A stretch of 64,000 bases of DNA from a virus. The translations under genes and the position numbers were made by a program. The notes beneath the pieces were generated by a model. That model did not search any database, was not told the origin of the DNA, and saw only the letters and a program-made list of their open reading frames with translations. The stretch spans positions 77,028 through 141,027 of the IMG/VR virus record IMGVR_UViG_3300032163_000002. One strand, written 5' to 3'. Shown here piece by piece: positions 9,103-18,058 of the stretch; the stretch's first letter is position 1; each line of letters begins with the position of its first letter.

Positions 9103-10491
9103 CTATGTTCCTGTTGAGGGTAATGTTTCAATTTCTTCTTCGAGTGTACCAATCTTGTTTAGAATTTCAGGAGCACTGACTTCACGAGTAGAAAAGATTC
9201 CGGGTTTTGCAAACACACAAATGGAGTAATCTTGATCAAAAGAAATTTCTTGATATGGTTTTCCAGAACGGTTTTTTGCGACGAAGATTCTAGCTTTATT
9301 TTGCTGGGATTCTTCAAGTGTTTGACAGATACCAAAAATGTGATCAGAAATCCAAGCTTTACTGATGTCTTCTGAAATATCTGCAAGCCCAACAATCTTT
9401 TTACCGATGGCGTCACGTTTGGCCTGAGTTGCGGTAATAACGGATATTTTATGATCTTTTGCAATTTTGTGTAGCATGGTATAGATTGAGTTTAATTCAA
9501 AACGACGGTCTTTGTAAGTATGTGAAGGTTTCATCAGATCCGCGTAATCGACTATGACGGTATCCGGAGCAAACCCCGAATCCTGCTTCAATGTGTCGAT
9601 CAGGCCAGAAAGCTGTTCAGGTGTCAAGGTCATTTCAGAATAGCCAACAATCCTGAGGGCATCTCCATATTTTGAAAATTGCGTTTGCATCCGTCGCTGC
9701 ACTTCTCCTGTCATGTCTGTGAGTCGGTCGAATGGAATACCAGAAAAAGAGGAATCGAAACGGTCAGATACGGCATCCGGTTCTAATTCAAGGGTCACAT
9801 AAAGAGCCTTAAAACCATAAAGTACAGCCTGCCGCGAGCAATGAACTAAAGCCTGCGATTTTCCTATTCCTGTTGCTCCAACAAAAACAGTCAACGTACT
9901 TGGGCTTATCCCCCCTCGGAGATAACTGTCAAGATTTCCTATCGCACAAGGTATACGCCGGTTGTAGATACTCGTTAAATCAAGACGCCGATCTGAACGC
10001 TTTTCCACAACTTCAGGAAGAAAGAAATCTACAGTACCAAAATCCCGGTCCACAGCAACCATGTTCGCTGCGGTGATCTCCTTTAGAATATCATCAAAAT
10101 TGTTTCGTTCGAGGGCTTTTTCTGACTCGGCCAATGCATCCGAAAATGCTCGATGCCGAATATAGACCCGCAAATGATCCACATAAAACGGTAAATCTAC
10201 AAGCGGAGCATCCAGAAGATCCTCGAAGGTTTTCGCATATACGTTCCGTTGTTCTTCTGTGAGCGCAGGATCGGTAGCGAAGAAATCTACCATGACTTCG
10301 AAGCTCGGTGCATGCCCGTAAGTCTTAACATATTCAGCTATGAAATTTGCAATCGCGTTATAATAAGTATCCGACCAGAAATCCGGCGTCAGAAGAGGCC
10401 AGAATTTCCGATAGAATCCTTCGTCAAAAAATACAGCCGCCAACAAGACACGAAGTGCCTGTGGGCTAAGCTCGACAAACGTAGCGGGCAT
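9103..10491 (-). CDS. Replicative DnaB/T4 gp41-like helicase
   Basis: Walker A GATGIGKS, YVTLE, VIVDYADLM, TATQAKR, VAKNRSG. Confidence 0.92.
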   Translation of the reverse strand: MPATFVELSPQALRVLLAAVFFDEGFYRKFWPLLTPDFWSDTYYNAIANFIAEYVKTYGHAPSFEVMVDFFATDPALTEEQRNVYAKTFEDLLDAPLVDLPFYVDHLRVYIRHRAFSDALAESEKALERNNFDDILKEITAANMVAVDRDFGTVDFFLPEVVEKRSDRRLDLTSIYNRRIPCAIGNLDSYLRGGISPSTLTVFVGATGIGKSQALVHCSRQAVLYGFKALYVTLELEPDAVSDRFDSSFSGIPFDRLTDMTGEVQRRMQTQFSKYGDALRIVGYSEMTLTPEQLSGLIDTLKQDSGFAPDTVIVDYADLMKPSHTYKDRRFELNSIYTMLHKIAKDHKISVITATQAKRDAIGKKIVGLADISEDISKAWISDHIFGICQTLEESQQNKARIFVAKNRSGKPYQEISFDQDYSICVFAKPGIFSTREVSAPEILNKIGTLEEEIETLPSTGT

Positions 10492-10865
10492 TAGCCGCCA
10501 AGCTCTAGTACCGGGATTCCTTTCGTTCGAGCACGTTCCACCATATCCGCTGTACCTCTACCCCCCGGAAAAGCCAGCAAAACATCTGGATGCCAGTGTT
10601 CGAGAAGTCGCTCATTACGAAGTGGTCCAGCCGCTTTTCCTTCAGTTTTCCAGTCTGCATTTTCAACCGCTACGCTAAACCCAAAAAATCGTTTTGCTAA
10701 AAATTCAGCTAATGCGTCCGCTCCTTGCGCTCCACCAGTTACAACTGTCACCTTGGGGACGTAAGAATAACGGTCCAATGCATTGAAAACACCGTCTTCA
10801 TTGTTGTAATTACGCCCACCACAAACAGCGACAACCAAACCACGGCCATTCAAGCGTCCGTCCAT
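10491..10865 (-). CDS. SLOG-family (YspA/DUF2493-like) protein
   Basis: VCGGRNY, GGAQGAD, GKAAGPLRN, AFPGGRGTADM. Confidence 0.85.
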   Translation of the reverse strand: MDGRLNGRGLVVAVCGGRNYNNEDGVFNALDRYSYVPKVTVVTGGAQGADALAEFLAKRFFGFSVAVENADWKTEGKAAGPLRNERLLEHWHPDVLLAFPGGRGTADMVERARTKGIPVLELGG

Positions 10866-10881
10866 TTTATTCCTCTTTCAG

Positions 10882-11529
10882 TTATTGAAGGTAATCGGCT
10901 AAGACGGCAGACATTGCCGGATCACTGCTAAGCGTCGGGGCTAACTGCCTGAACTCCGGAAGAGACCAGACATAGTCACGAGGAAGAAGCCTGACTAAGA
11001 ACGGATCTAAAAGAACATCCGATATCGTCTTCATATCTACACGCGATACCATGATGTTTTTGAGCGTAGCCTCACCAGATTTCAAAATATTCTCCGGACA
11101 CCGCGCGCCCTGAGACATTTGCACCCGACGGAGCCACGCTTTATACCGAGATACGCACCCAGCGTTGACACCTAAATACCGCCACGTCGGATAAGTCGTG
11201 GCGTAAGGTGTTGGCTTAACCCACTCGACAAATTGTGCTTGTAGAAAATGAAAAACGCTAATGTGCTTTTCCCCGCAGAACCGAAGAATAGCACAAATCG
11301 GTTTCCAAAGCTTTAGATTTTCAGCATGAATTCCATTACGCAACACACCCCGGTAATAAGTCGTAACAGAATGTTGTTGCACAAGTTTTTCATAAAATTG
11401 AAGGGCTTGAATAACCTGCATCCGGTTGAGACCTTCCGGATTTCGTAAATGAACCGAGGTCTCATACGCTAGTTTTCTCCGCTTTATTGTTGGGCCAGAG
11501 GAATTCTTGGTCTTCCCCGTCGTCATCAT
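10882..11529 (-). CDS. Hypothetical protein in the replication cluster
   Basis: Fills the gap between the helicase and SLOG genes; GGAG SD precedes ATG 11529 (track start 11574). Confidence 0.65.
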   Translation of the reverse strand: MMTTGKTKNSSGPTIKRRKLAYETSVHLRNPEGLNRMQVIQALQFYEKLVQQHSVTTYYRGVLRNGIHAENLKLWKPICAILRFCGEKHISVFHFLQAQFVEWVKPTPYATTYPTWRYLGVNAGCVSRYKAWLRRVQMSQGARCPENILKSGEATLKNIMVSRVDMKTISDVLLDPFLVRLLPRDYVWSLPEFRQLAPTLSSDPAMSAVLADYLQ

Positions 11530-13066
11530 CGTATTGCTCCAACGATGCCGTAACAGGTTGCTGCTGTGCGACACCGCTCTCGTACACGGAAATGGTTGAG
11601 AAAATCTTCTCGTCTTCGTAAACCTTCAATCGCGCCTTGAAATGTTTGAGCAAATAAGGATTCGTCAAATCAAGAAAATCTATGACCTCAAGCGAATGCC
11701 CTCCTTCCTTGATACGAAGTCCGCGCCCGATCCGCTGCATCACCCGCACAAAGCTTTTTGTTGGAGCCGCAAGAATGACCACATCAAGATCAGGAACATC
11801 GGTGCCTTCATCAAAAATAACCGTGGAGACAAGAATTGAAAGCGCCCCGCTTCGAAGATCAGCTACGGCCTTGTTGACAATACTCCGGTAAGACACGGAA
11901 GCCATATCTTTTCGTGCAATGAAAATGGCAGGGGGGAGAGTCGGATCACCTTTTTTCAAAGCTACATATTCAGCTTCAAGATTCCGAACCAATTTAACGC
12001 TAAAGCCCCCGACGACCAGAACCCGCTTTCCAGTCTTCGCCCGCTCCACAGCAAGCTCCATGATCCTTCGGGACCGGCCTTCATTGCCAATGATCAGGTA
12101 GTTCAGGGCCTCCCGCCAGTTGTAATGACTGCACCCTGCGGGCTCTGAGACCTCGTAGACGATCAACCCAGCCTGTGCCAGCTTACCTTGCCTCTGAAGC
12201 CGTTCAGGCGGAACATCGACCAACAGGGGGCCTGTGCAGCCCATCAGGACCAGATCCGTCTCCTCATCCTTCGTGAAGGGGGTGCCGGACATGCCGACTC
12301 TAACCTGAGCCGGACAAGCGTCGAGAATCGCCCTGAAGGTGCGATCACCCTTTCCAACCCGATGGGCTTCGTCAGCTATCACAACGCGACTCTCCCGTAG
12401 AAGAGACAAAACGTAGGGGTCTCTAACGTAGAGCCGGGAAGCCAGCGTGTCAATGCTCCCGATGAGAAACTTCCCCGGTTTGTTGGTCTCGGCCATGATG
12501 ATGCCAACACGCTCAGATCCGAGAAACTCGCAGAATCGTTCGTAGGTTTGGTCCACAAGCTGTTGTCCATGAACGAGTACAAGGGTCGGGACATCGAAAG
12601 CATGAGCTATCATCGCTCCCACAAGGGTCTTACCGCCCCCGGTCGCAATCCGAAGAACGCCACGCTGATCACCGGGGTAGTTGGCCCGGAGAACCCTCTT
12701 GACAGCGTCTACCTGATAGTCCCACGGAGTCAGTGACCCGAACGGCCCGGTAATGGGGTTGACGACGGGTAAGAACTCAAAACCTTCCGGCATGAAAAGT
12801 TCGACCGGAAATCCTGCTTTCGTGAGAGCTTCCGTAACTAAAGACAAAACACCTGAAGGAAATGCCCCTCCTGTACTTAACAGATGAAGCTTTCCATCCC
12901 AACGTTTCTGCTTATAAGCTGTTGTCCAGAAATAACCTTTCTTGTAGCAGGAGGTTACTTCGTCAACAATATTACGGGGATATCGGCTTAGAAACCTCGC
13001 GCGCTGCGCCCCAACCAGAATGTTCATTTTTGTTCCAAGCGGAAGAGGAAGCTGCACAGCAGGCAT
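11462..13066 (-). CDS. Superfamily 2 DNA helicase (UvsW-like)
   Basis: YQ Q-motif, ATGGGKT, DEAH, SGTP, EGTDVPDL, QRIGRGLR. Confidence 0.92.
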   Translation of the reverse strand: MPAVQLPLPLGTKMNILVGAQRARFLSRYPRNIVDEVTSCYKKGYFWTTAYKQKRWDGKLHLLSTGGAFPSGVLSLVTEALTKAGFPVELFMPEGFEFLPVVNPITGPFGSLTPWDYQVDAVKRVLRANYPGDQRGVLRIATGGGKTLVGAMIAHAFDVPTLVLVHGQQLVDQTYERFCEFLGSERVGIIMAETNKPGKFLIGSIDTLASRLYVRDPYVLSLLRESRVVIADEAHRVGKGDRTFRAILDACPAQVRVGMSGTPFTKDEETDLVLMGCTGPLLVDVPPERLQRQGKLAQAGLIVYEVSEPAGCSHYNWREALNYLIIGNEGRSRRIMELAVERAKTGKRVLVVGGFSVKLVRNLEAEYVALKKGDPTLPPAIFIARKDMASVSYRSIVNKAVADLRSGALSILVSTVIFDEGTDVPDLDVVILAAPTKSFVRVMQRIGRGLRIKEGGHSLEVIDFLDLTNPYLLKHFKARLKVYEDEKIFSTISVYESGVAQQQPVTASLEQYDDDDGEDQEFLWPNNKAEKTSV

Positions 13067-13072
13067 GGTTAA

Positions 13073-13101
13073 AACTTACACCCGTAAGAGAAAAAAGTCA
13101 A
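13073..13101 (-). promoter_or_regulatory. Early promoter TTGACT-17-TAAGTT with CTTAC-N4-GTAAG palindrome; leaderless start at 13066
   Basis: The -10 element ends 7 nt before the ATG; no SD. Confidence 0.85.
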
Positions 13102-13110
13102 GAGATACCC

Positions 13111-13139
13111 TTGACAGTCAAACGTATTGAACCTAAGTT
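13111..13139 (+). promoter_or_regulatory. Divergent promoter TTGACA-17-TAAGTT without the palindrome
   Basis: ttgaca gtcaaacgtattgaacc taagtt; same -10 hexamer as the other early promoters. Confidence 0.75.
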
Positions 13140-13144
13140 ACAGG

Positions 13145-13220
13145 CTGCTGCTGTGCTCGCTGGGCCGAACACCCTGCGCGTACGTTTCGCCCCCGGTGTC
13201 CACCGGGGGCGTTCTTTTCT
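13145..13220 (+). ncRNA. Candidate ~75-nt small RNA
   Basis: Bounded by the plus-strand promoter and a plus-oriented intrinsic terminator; no credible ORF. Confidence 0.55.
13188..13220 (+). terminator. Rho-independent terminator
   Basis: CGCCCCCGGT-GTCC-ACCGGGGGCG followed by TTCTTTTCT. Confidence 0.8.
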
Positions 13221-13222
13221 CC

Positions 13223-13783
13223 TCATGCCGTCTCCGACGACGAAACCACAGCTTCATCCAGAATCACTTCAATTCCATAAACCTTACGAAAAAATTTCTC
13301 TATGTAAATCGAGTAAGGTAATCCAGATTCAAGAACGGCTCCAGCAGCATCCTGTGTCAGTAAAAGCTTTCCATCATCACGCTGAAGAAGCTCGAAAAGG
13401 TTCAAGTCTTCGATATAAACAAGAAAGCTGGGGTGCTTTCCCTGTGTATGGACGATCCCTTCATTCATTTCCTTTGCAGCTTCTACCCGTTCCTCCACTG
13501 TTTTCATTTTTCGAATCTCAGCTAATGCTTTGTCATGTTCAGCATAACCGTCAGCATATACGGAATGCATTTCCCGACTAAGGACATTCGTTGCGTAAAG
13601 TGCTCCGAACATGCCTTCACTTCGATGCGACAGAACTTTTACGAGTCCAAGCACTTTTTCCATCTGCTCTACAATGAGTTTCTGGTTAGCCTCAACTCTG
13701 GCAAGCCGTTTTTCAAATTCCTCTTTACGCTTTTCAGATTCCTCTTTTTCATCAGTAATAAGTTCGCGCTTACGAATCGGCAC
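13223..13783 (-). CDS. Hypothetical protein (N-terminal coiled coil)
   Basis: GGAGG SD, start coupled to the upstream stop. Confidence 0.7.
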   Translation of the reverse strand: MPIRKRELITDEKEESEKRKEEFEKRLARVEANQKLIVEQMEKVLGLVKVLSHRSEGMFGALYATNVLSREMHSVYADGYAEHDKALAEIRKMKTVEERVEAAKEMNEGIVHTQGKHPSFLVYIEDLNLFELLQRDDGKLLLTQDAAGAVLESGLPYSIYIEKFFRKVYGIEVILDEAVVSSSETA

Positions 13784-14211
13784 TAAGCACCTCCATAAAT
13801 AATTCCAACTTCACGTTCAGCCAATGTTCGCCATTTTCGAGCATCATTAGAATCAAAAGAGTTCAAACACTTAATACGATTATGTTCCAACCCATAATTA
13901 TACCAGTCAGACACCCTTTCCTCTTGTTTACACAAAATAACCCACGGTAGAGAATGAGAATAAGGTAATGCAGAAGACGCAAATCGAGTCAAGAACTGCT
14001 TCCGACTTTGCTTAAAAAACTTTCCCCCCTCTGGAAATACAACAGGCGGGCTACCCTCAACCGTAATAACAAATTGATCATCCACATAAACCACAAACAA
14101 CCAAAATGAATACATCTCGTGAAAACTATCACCGACTTTCGGGTTTTGCAGCGCATCAAGCGTCAACGTGATAAGTTCGTTCCAAGATATTTCTTTACCC
14201 TCTAATTCCAT
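13783..14211 (-). CDS. Hypothetical protein
   Basis: GGAGG SD; tiles with neighbouring genes. Confidence 0.65.
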   Translation of the reverse strand: MELEGKEISWNELITLTLDALQNPKVGDSFHEMYSFWLFVVYVDDQFVITVEGSPPVVFPEGGKFFKQSRKQFLTRFASSALPYSHSLPWVILCKQEERVSDWYNYGLEHNRIKCLNSFDSNDARKWRTLAEREVGIIYGGA

Positions 14212-14256
14212 GACGTTATCATTCCTCCCACACTAAACCTGTAAGAGATAATCCTT

Positions 14257-14745
14257 TCACGAGCTATCTTTGTTAAGCGCCTTGAATCGTGTCAGCGTCT
14301 TTAATTTATGCTGTATCGGGCGTAACCCCTCACGAAGACGACGCCGATTGATCGCAGCACAAATTGACAAGTAATTTGCTGTGTGACAAGACTCACACCG
14401 ACAACCTCGTTGATACCGCGCGCAAGTCCCATGCTGAGACAGTGCCCGTTTTATTCCAGCTTCTGTTACACGCAACCGACTAACATGAGCAATACGTCTG
14501 ACTGCTACTCCAGTTATAGGCTCATTTTTTTCACGCAACAATTTCATGGCATTTTCAAAGCGCTTGTTTCGAGCATATTGAGAAGCATGAAAGCGAGCAA
14601 GAACAGCCTGCTCCTCCTGTCCAGCCCGTGTAACGATTTGTCGAACCCGCTCACGACTTATTTCAAATTGACGGCCTATCGCAGAAAGCGGTGCGCCTTT
14701 CAAAGCCAATTCAATAATCAGCATTTCACGAGTCTTGTTAACCAT
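14257..14745 (-). CDS. Sigma-70 region-4-type HTH protein with HGT..Y..GCRCxxC Zn motif
   Basis: LSAIGRQFEISRERVRQIV; HGTCARYQRGCRCESC. Confidence 0.75.
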   Translation of the reverse strand: MVNKTREMLIIELALKGAPLSAIGRQFEISRERVRQIVTRAGQEEQAVLARFHASQYARNKRFENAMKLLREKNEPITGVAVRRIAHVSRLRVTEAGIKRALSQHGTCARYQRGCRCESCHTANYLSICAAINRRRLREGLRPIQHKLKTLTRFKALNKDSS

Positions 14746-14752
14746 ACTTCAT

Positions 14753-15535
14753 TTAACGAAGTTTGAGCGTGGACACTGGAATGAACCATGCAATCAAAAA
14801 ATCAAAATTTCGAGACAGATATTTAATCCTCCCAACAACGACCGGATCTTTTTTCCTAAACGTACGCGCCGGACTAACCCCAATCTCATCGAAGATTTTC
14901 AGTGCCATTGCCCGCTCAGTCGCTGTGAGAATATGAGGCTTCGAAAGAGCAAAGGGAAACGTGATCTCTTCGCGGAATTTTTCAGCCCATCGGTTAACCA
15001 GCATAACAGGAGAAACCGTTCCATCAGCCGCCTTTTTATCAATAGTATAAGTTTTCTCCGCTGTTATTGCCTCCTCAGAGACATATCGCCCTTCTCCAAG
15101 AGCCGGAGCTTCTGATTCCTGAGCACGAACAGTTGGACCATTCCAACGGTTTTCACCACTTCTAAAATTCTTCGTCGGCTTCTTCCGTGTCGTCCTGACA
15201 GCAAAAATATCAATGGTAAAATCCGGAACGAGAATATACCCTGCCTCAAAAGCTGCACGCAACTTATGATAAGTCTCTGCTTTTTGAGACAACCTATGTA
15301 AATCCTGTTTGATCCGAACGAGATTCCAATGGTTTTTCTTGGCAATCTCGAAGTTTTCAGTCCGCTCTTTTAGCTCTACCTCCGTTTTTCTGATCAACTG
15401 AGATATCCAAGCAATAAGAGTTGTCTGTGAGGATGTAGCATCTACTTCAGACCCCACAACGACAGACACTTCATCAGGAACCAACTCAGCCATTACTGGC
15501 GTTTCCAGTGCAGCAAGTTCCAGCGTCGCGCTCAT
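14753..15535 (-). CDS. Hypothetical protein
   Basis: GGAGGGAG SD; 260-aa ORF. Confidence 0.7.
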   Translation of the reverse strand: MSATLELAALETPVMAELVPDEVSVVVGSEVDATSSQTTLIAWISQLIRKTEVELKERTENFEIAKKNHWNLVRIKQDLHRLSQKAETYHKLRAAFEAGYILVPDFTIDIFAVRTTRKKPTKNFRSGENRWNGPTVRAQESEAPALGEGRYVSEEAITAEKTYTIDKKAADGTVSPVMLVNRWAEKFREEITFPFALSKPHILTATERAMALKIFDEIGVSPARTFRKKDPVVVGRIKYLSRNFDFLIAWFIPVSTLKLR

Positions 15536-15941
15536 TTTTCACTCCCTCCTCTTTACCAAGCAAAACTTTCACCATAGCATTAATTTCAGCACAGATCGGG
15601 GCGTCAATATAAATTAAATCCCCTTCATCCGCCTCAATGTCTTCCCCGTGAATCTTCGGATCGTAAGCCACTTGAAAAAGAAGTCCAACTTCATGCGCCC
15701 ATTCCTGAAACACCGGATCATTATAACCGGGATCAAAAAGATCCTCACGGATTTTTCCCCAAAACAACGCAAGAGGAAGCAACATTTCCATTATGGCAGC
15801 GGCATGAGTGAACATCTCTGAACGAATCTTGTTGAAATCAGGCGGTTTTTGCTCGGTTTCTCCGTGACCAGTGATACACCCTGCAAGAAAAATGTCGTTG
15901 AGATTCTTGTCTATTTCTTCAGGCGTTAGGATTTTTTTCAT
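15486..15941 (-). CDS. Hypothetical protein
   Basis: AGGAGG SD before ATG 15941 (track start 15995). Confidence 0.65.
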   Translation of the reverse strand: MKKILTPEEIDKNLNDIFLAGCITGHGETEQKPPDFNKIRSEMFTHAAAIMEMLLPLALFWGKIREDLFDPGYNDPVFQEWAHEVGLLFQVAYDPKIHGEDIEADEGDLIYIDAPICAEINAMVKVLLGKEEGVKNERDAGTCCTGNASNG

Positions 15942-16189
15942 ACCCGTTGTGCCTCCTTTTTTGCCGCTTGAAGTTCCCGCCGTTTCTTTTCCCACTCCCG
16001 CTTCGCCTGCATGTCTGCGAAAGCGGTCTTACCCCGTTGCGCAGCATCATCGCGGAACTACTGCCACGGCCCAACACGCAGATAAGCACGCACGTAGACA
16101 CGTCGCTGAAGCTTTATCATAGCCCGATACTTGATAAGCTCGGCGGCTTCCCGTGGATCTTTGTCATTAACGAAAAATTTCAATTTCAT
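15938..16189 (-). pseudogene. 83-codon small gene interrupted by an in-frame TAG at 16058-16060 (nonsense mutation or read-through)
   Basis: MKLKFF...VGPWQ*FRDDAAQRG...KKEAQRV; GGAG SD upstream and final TGA overlaps the next ATG (ATGA). Confidence 0.55.
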
Positions 16190-16191
16190 AA

Positions 16192-16353
16192 TTACATCTC
16201 CCTAGCGCTTTTTTCAGCATTTGCAACCCACACGAAACAAAATACTCCAACTGCCACCATCCAATTACTCCCCAACCAAATCAATAACAGGCTTACAATA
16301 TAAAGCACCCACGAAAAAATCAGCACAAACCAGTATGCCCATTTATTTTTCAT
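16192..16353 (-). CDS. Small membrane protein (53 aa, two hydrophobic segments)
   Basis: Below the track cutoff; MKNKWAYWFVLIFSWVLYIVSLLLIWLGSNWMVAVGVFCFVWVANAEKSAREM with GGAGG SD and ATGA coupling. Confidence 0.65.
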   Translation of the reverse strand: MKNKWAYWFVLIFSWVLYIVSLLLIWLGSNWMVAVGVFCFVWVANAEKSAREM

Positions 16354-16553
16354 TTTCCTCCTTCAGCTATAGCATTTCGTTTATTTAACCAATATTGCTG
16401 AAACCACCCAAGACGATGTACTGGCCTGCAATACCCGCATCCCGGAAGAAGACACCGATCTACGAGAATCGACCAGTTATACCAAAACATCCAACGAGGC
16501 GTCGCGGGCGCTATACGTTGTTGGCTACCATAACCATGCGTGTGAGGTCTCAA
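16350..16553 (-). CDS. Hypothetical protein
   Basis: TTG start overlapping the upstream stop (TTGA), GAGGA SD. Confidence 0.5.
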   Translation of the reverse strand: MRPHTHGYGSQQRIAPATPRWMFWYNWSILVDRCLLPGCGYCRPVHRLGWFQQYWLNKRNAIAEGGK

Positions 16554-16972
16554 ATTTTCTTCCTCGCAACACGAATATAGTGAAGAGGAGGCCAACGCGG
16601 CGGAATATTCTTGTATTGATCAGTACAGGCCATATCCAATGCTTTCCGTAATACCTTCACCAATTTTTTTGTTTCAGCAAGATCGCTCCGAAGAGATGCA
16701 TCTGTAAAAAGAAACTCTTCAATATAAGGATGGTCTGAATCATCTGGCAACGCCTTGAACATGAACTCTATCGCTTCTCGTGTCAATCTGGTCAATTTAC
16801 TGACACAAGTTATATCTGGAATTTTAACTCGTGATTTTGTCGTTTGTAGAGCCAAGATATTCACTGTTCTCAACAACTTACTTCGCTGTTCATTCAAATC
16901 TGTAACAGCAACGCAAGTACCTTCATGCTTCAATTCAAAACACCGAAAACATATTGTTGGGCGCTGATTCAT
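16550..16972 (-). CDS. Hypothetical protein (N-terminal CxxC..H...C)
   Basis: ATGA coupling. Confidence 0.6.
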   Translation of the reverse strand: MNQRPTICFRCFELKHEGTCVAVTDLNEQRSKLLRTVNILALQTTKSRVKIPDITCVSKLTRLTREAIEFMFKALPDDSDHPYIEEFLFTDASLRSDLAETKKLVKVLRKALDMACTDQYKNIPPRWPPLHYIRVARKKI

Positions 16973-17448
16973 ACTTTTTTCTTCTCACCAAGAATAATCT
17001 TTTCAACTTGGTCGTCACTCAACCCTCGCCAACGACACCACCGAATAACACAACCCACTTTGAAATTGAGCCACACATTTTCACAGGCATGTTTCACAAG
17101 CTCAAAAGCTGCCCGCCAGTAACTACCGTACCACGCACGAACTAAACACCACAGATTAAGCTGCCATATAGGTTCTACTTTTATTCCCCGATCCTGAAAT
17201 ACACGAAGCCCCCGCAAGGCATTCTCCCACGGAACAGAGTAAACAGGATATCGACGGTTCACTTCAATACTCCGCGTTTTCATGCTGCATATCTTGCACA
17301 CTACACGCCGCTTGTGACCTGCAAAAACGCCATGACAAGAACAGCACTCATTCCAATAATTGCCGTTCTCGTGCTTAAAATCTTCAGGCCAATCCCGTTC
17401 CGTTGCTTTCCAGTCCCGTTCATTTACTTTGTAAGAAGAATCAGCCAT
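16969..17448 (-). CDS. Hypothetical Zn-ribbon protein
   Basis: CCSC...CKIC; GAGG SD. Confidence 0.65.
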   Translation of the reverse strand: MADSSYKVNERDWKATERDWPEDFKHENGNYWNECCSCHGVFAGHKRRVVCKICSMKTRSIEVNRRYPVYSVPWENALRGLRVFQDRGIKVEPIWQLNLWCLVRAWYGSYWRAAFELVKHACENVWLNFKVGCVIRWCRWRGLSDDQVEKIILGEKKKV

Positions 17449-18058
17449 TTTTCGTTACCTCAAATAATTTGTTCTTTTCATAAATCGCCTGTACCCAACT
17501 GGCAGAAAGACCAAAGCGCTTTCCAATCAAACCGTATGCTTCTCCCTTATTGCGAGCTTTAACGATTTCGTGATCCCTTTCTTTTCTTGCCGGAGCACCA
17601 AGTGCCCGAACAGAAAGTACCGGAATCACACGACGCTTCGGAAATCTGGTATTAAGCATGCACTCTCTATTATGAAAATATTGACTCTCATGCTTCGGAT
17701 TGAACGAAACCCCACAGCCTTCACACTGTCGCAAACGTGCCCCGCAAGTAGGACACACCGAACCACCCTCCGCAGAGGGCTTCTTGTATCGTTTTTCCAG
17801 CCCCGTTTCATATCCTGTAACAATCGGTAATTGAACACCATACCTCTTCAATATACAACACAGTAACTGATGCGAATTCTCCCCAAAATTACGAAGGAGA
17901 AACATTGCCCTCCATTGCAAACCATCTCGGTAAAGAAGACACCCCGTAGATGTACGCGCAAGGTCTAAAGTCGTTTTCAAATTGGCACTACGCAAACAAT
18001 TTTTTAAGCGCTCCGTCAAATCGAGTTCTTCCAAAACGATAGATTTCTGCTCAACCAT
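17441..18058 (-). CDS. RNA polymerase alpha-CTD-like domain plus Zn fingers plus C-terminal HTH (putative transcription regulator)
   Basis: LEELDLTERLKNCLRSANL...LRNFGENS (alpha-CTD pattern); CPTC, CEGC; ERDHEIVKARNKGEAYGLIGKRFGLSASWVQAI. Confidence 0.72.
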   Translation of the reverse strand: MVEQKSIVLEELDLTERLKNCLRSANLKTTLDLARTSTGCLLYRDGLQWRAMFLLRNFGENSHQLLCCILKRYGVQLPIVTGYETGLEKRYKKPSAEGGSVCPTCGARLRQCEGCGVSFNPKHESQYFHNRECMLNTRFPKRRVIPVLSVRALGAPARKERDHEIVKARNKGEAYGLIGKRFGLSASWVQAIYEKNKLFEVTKNG

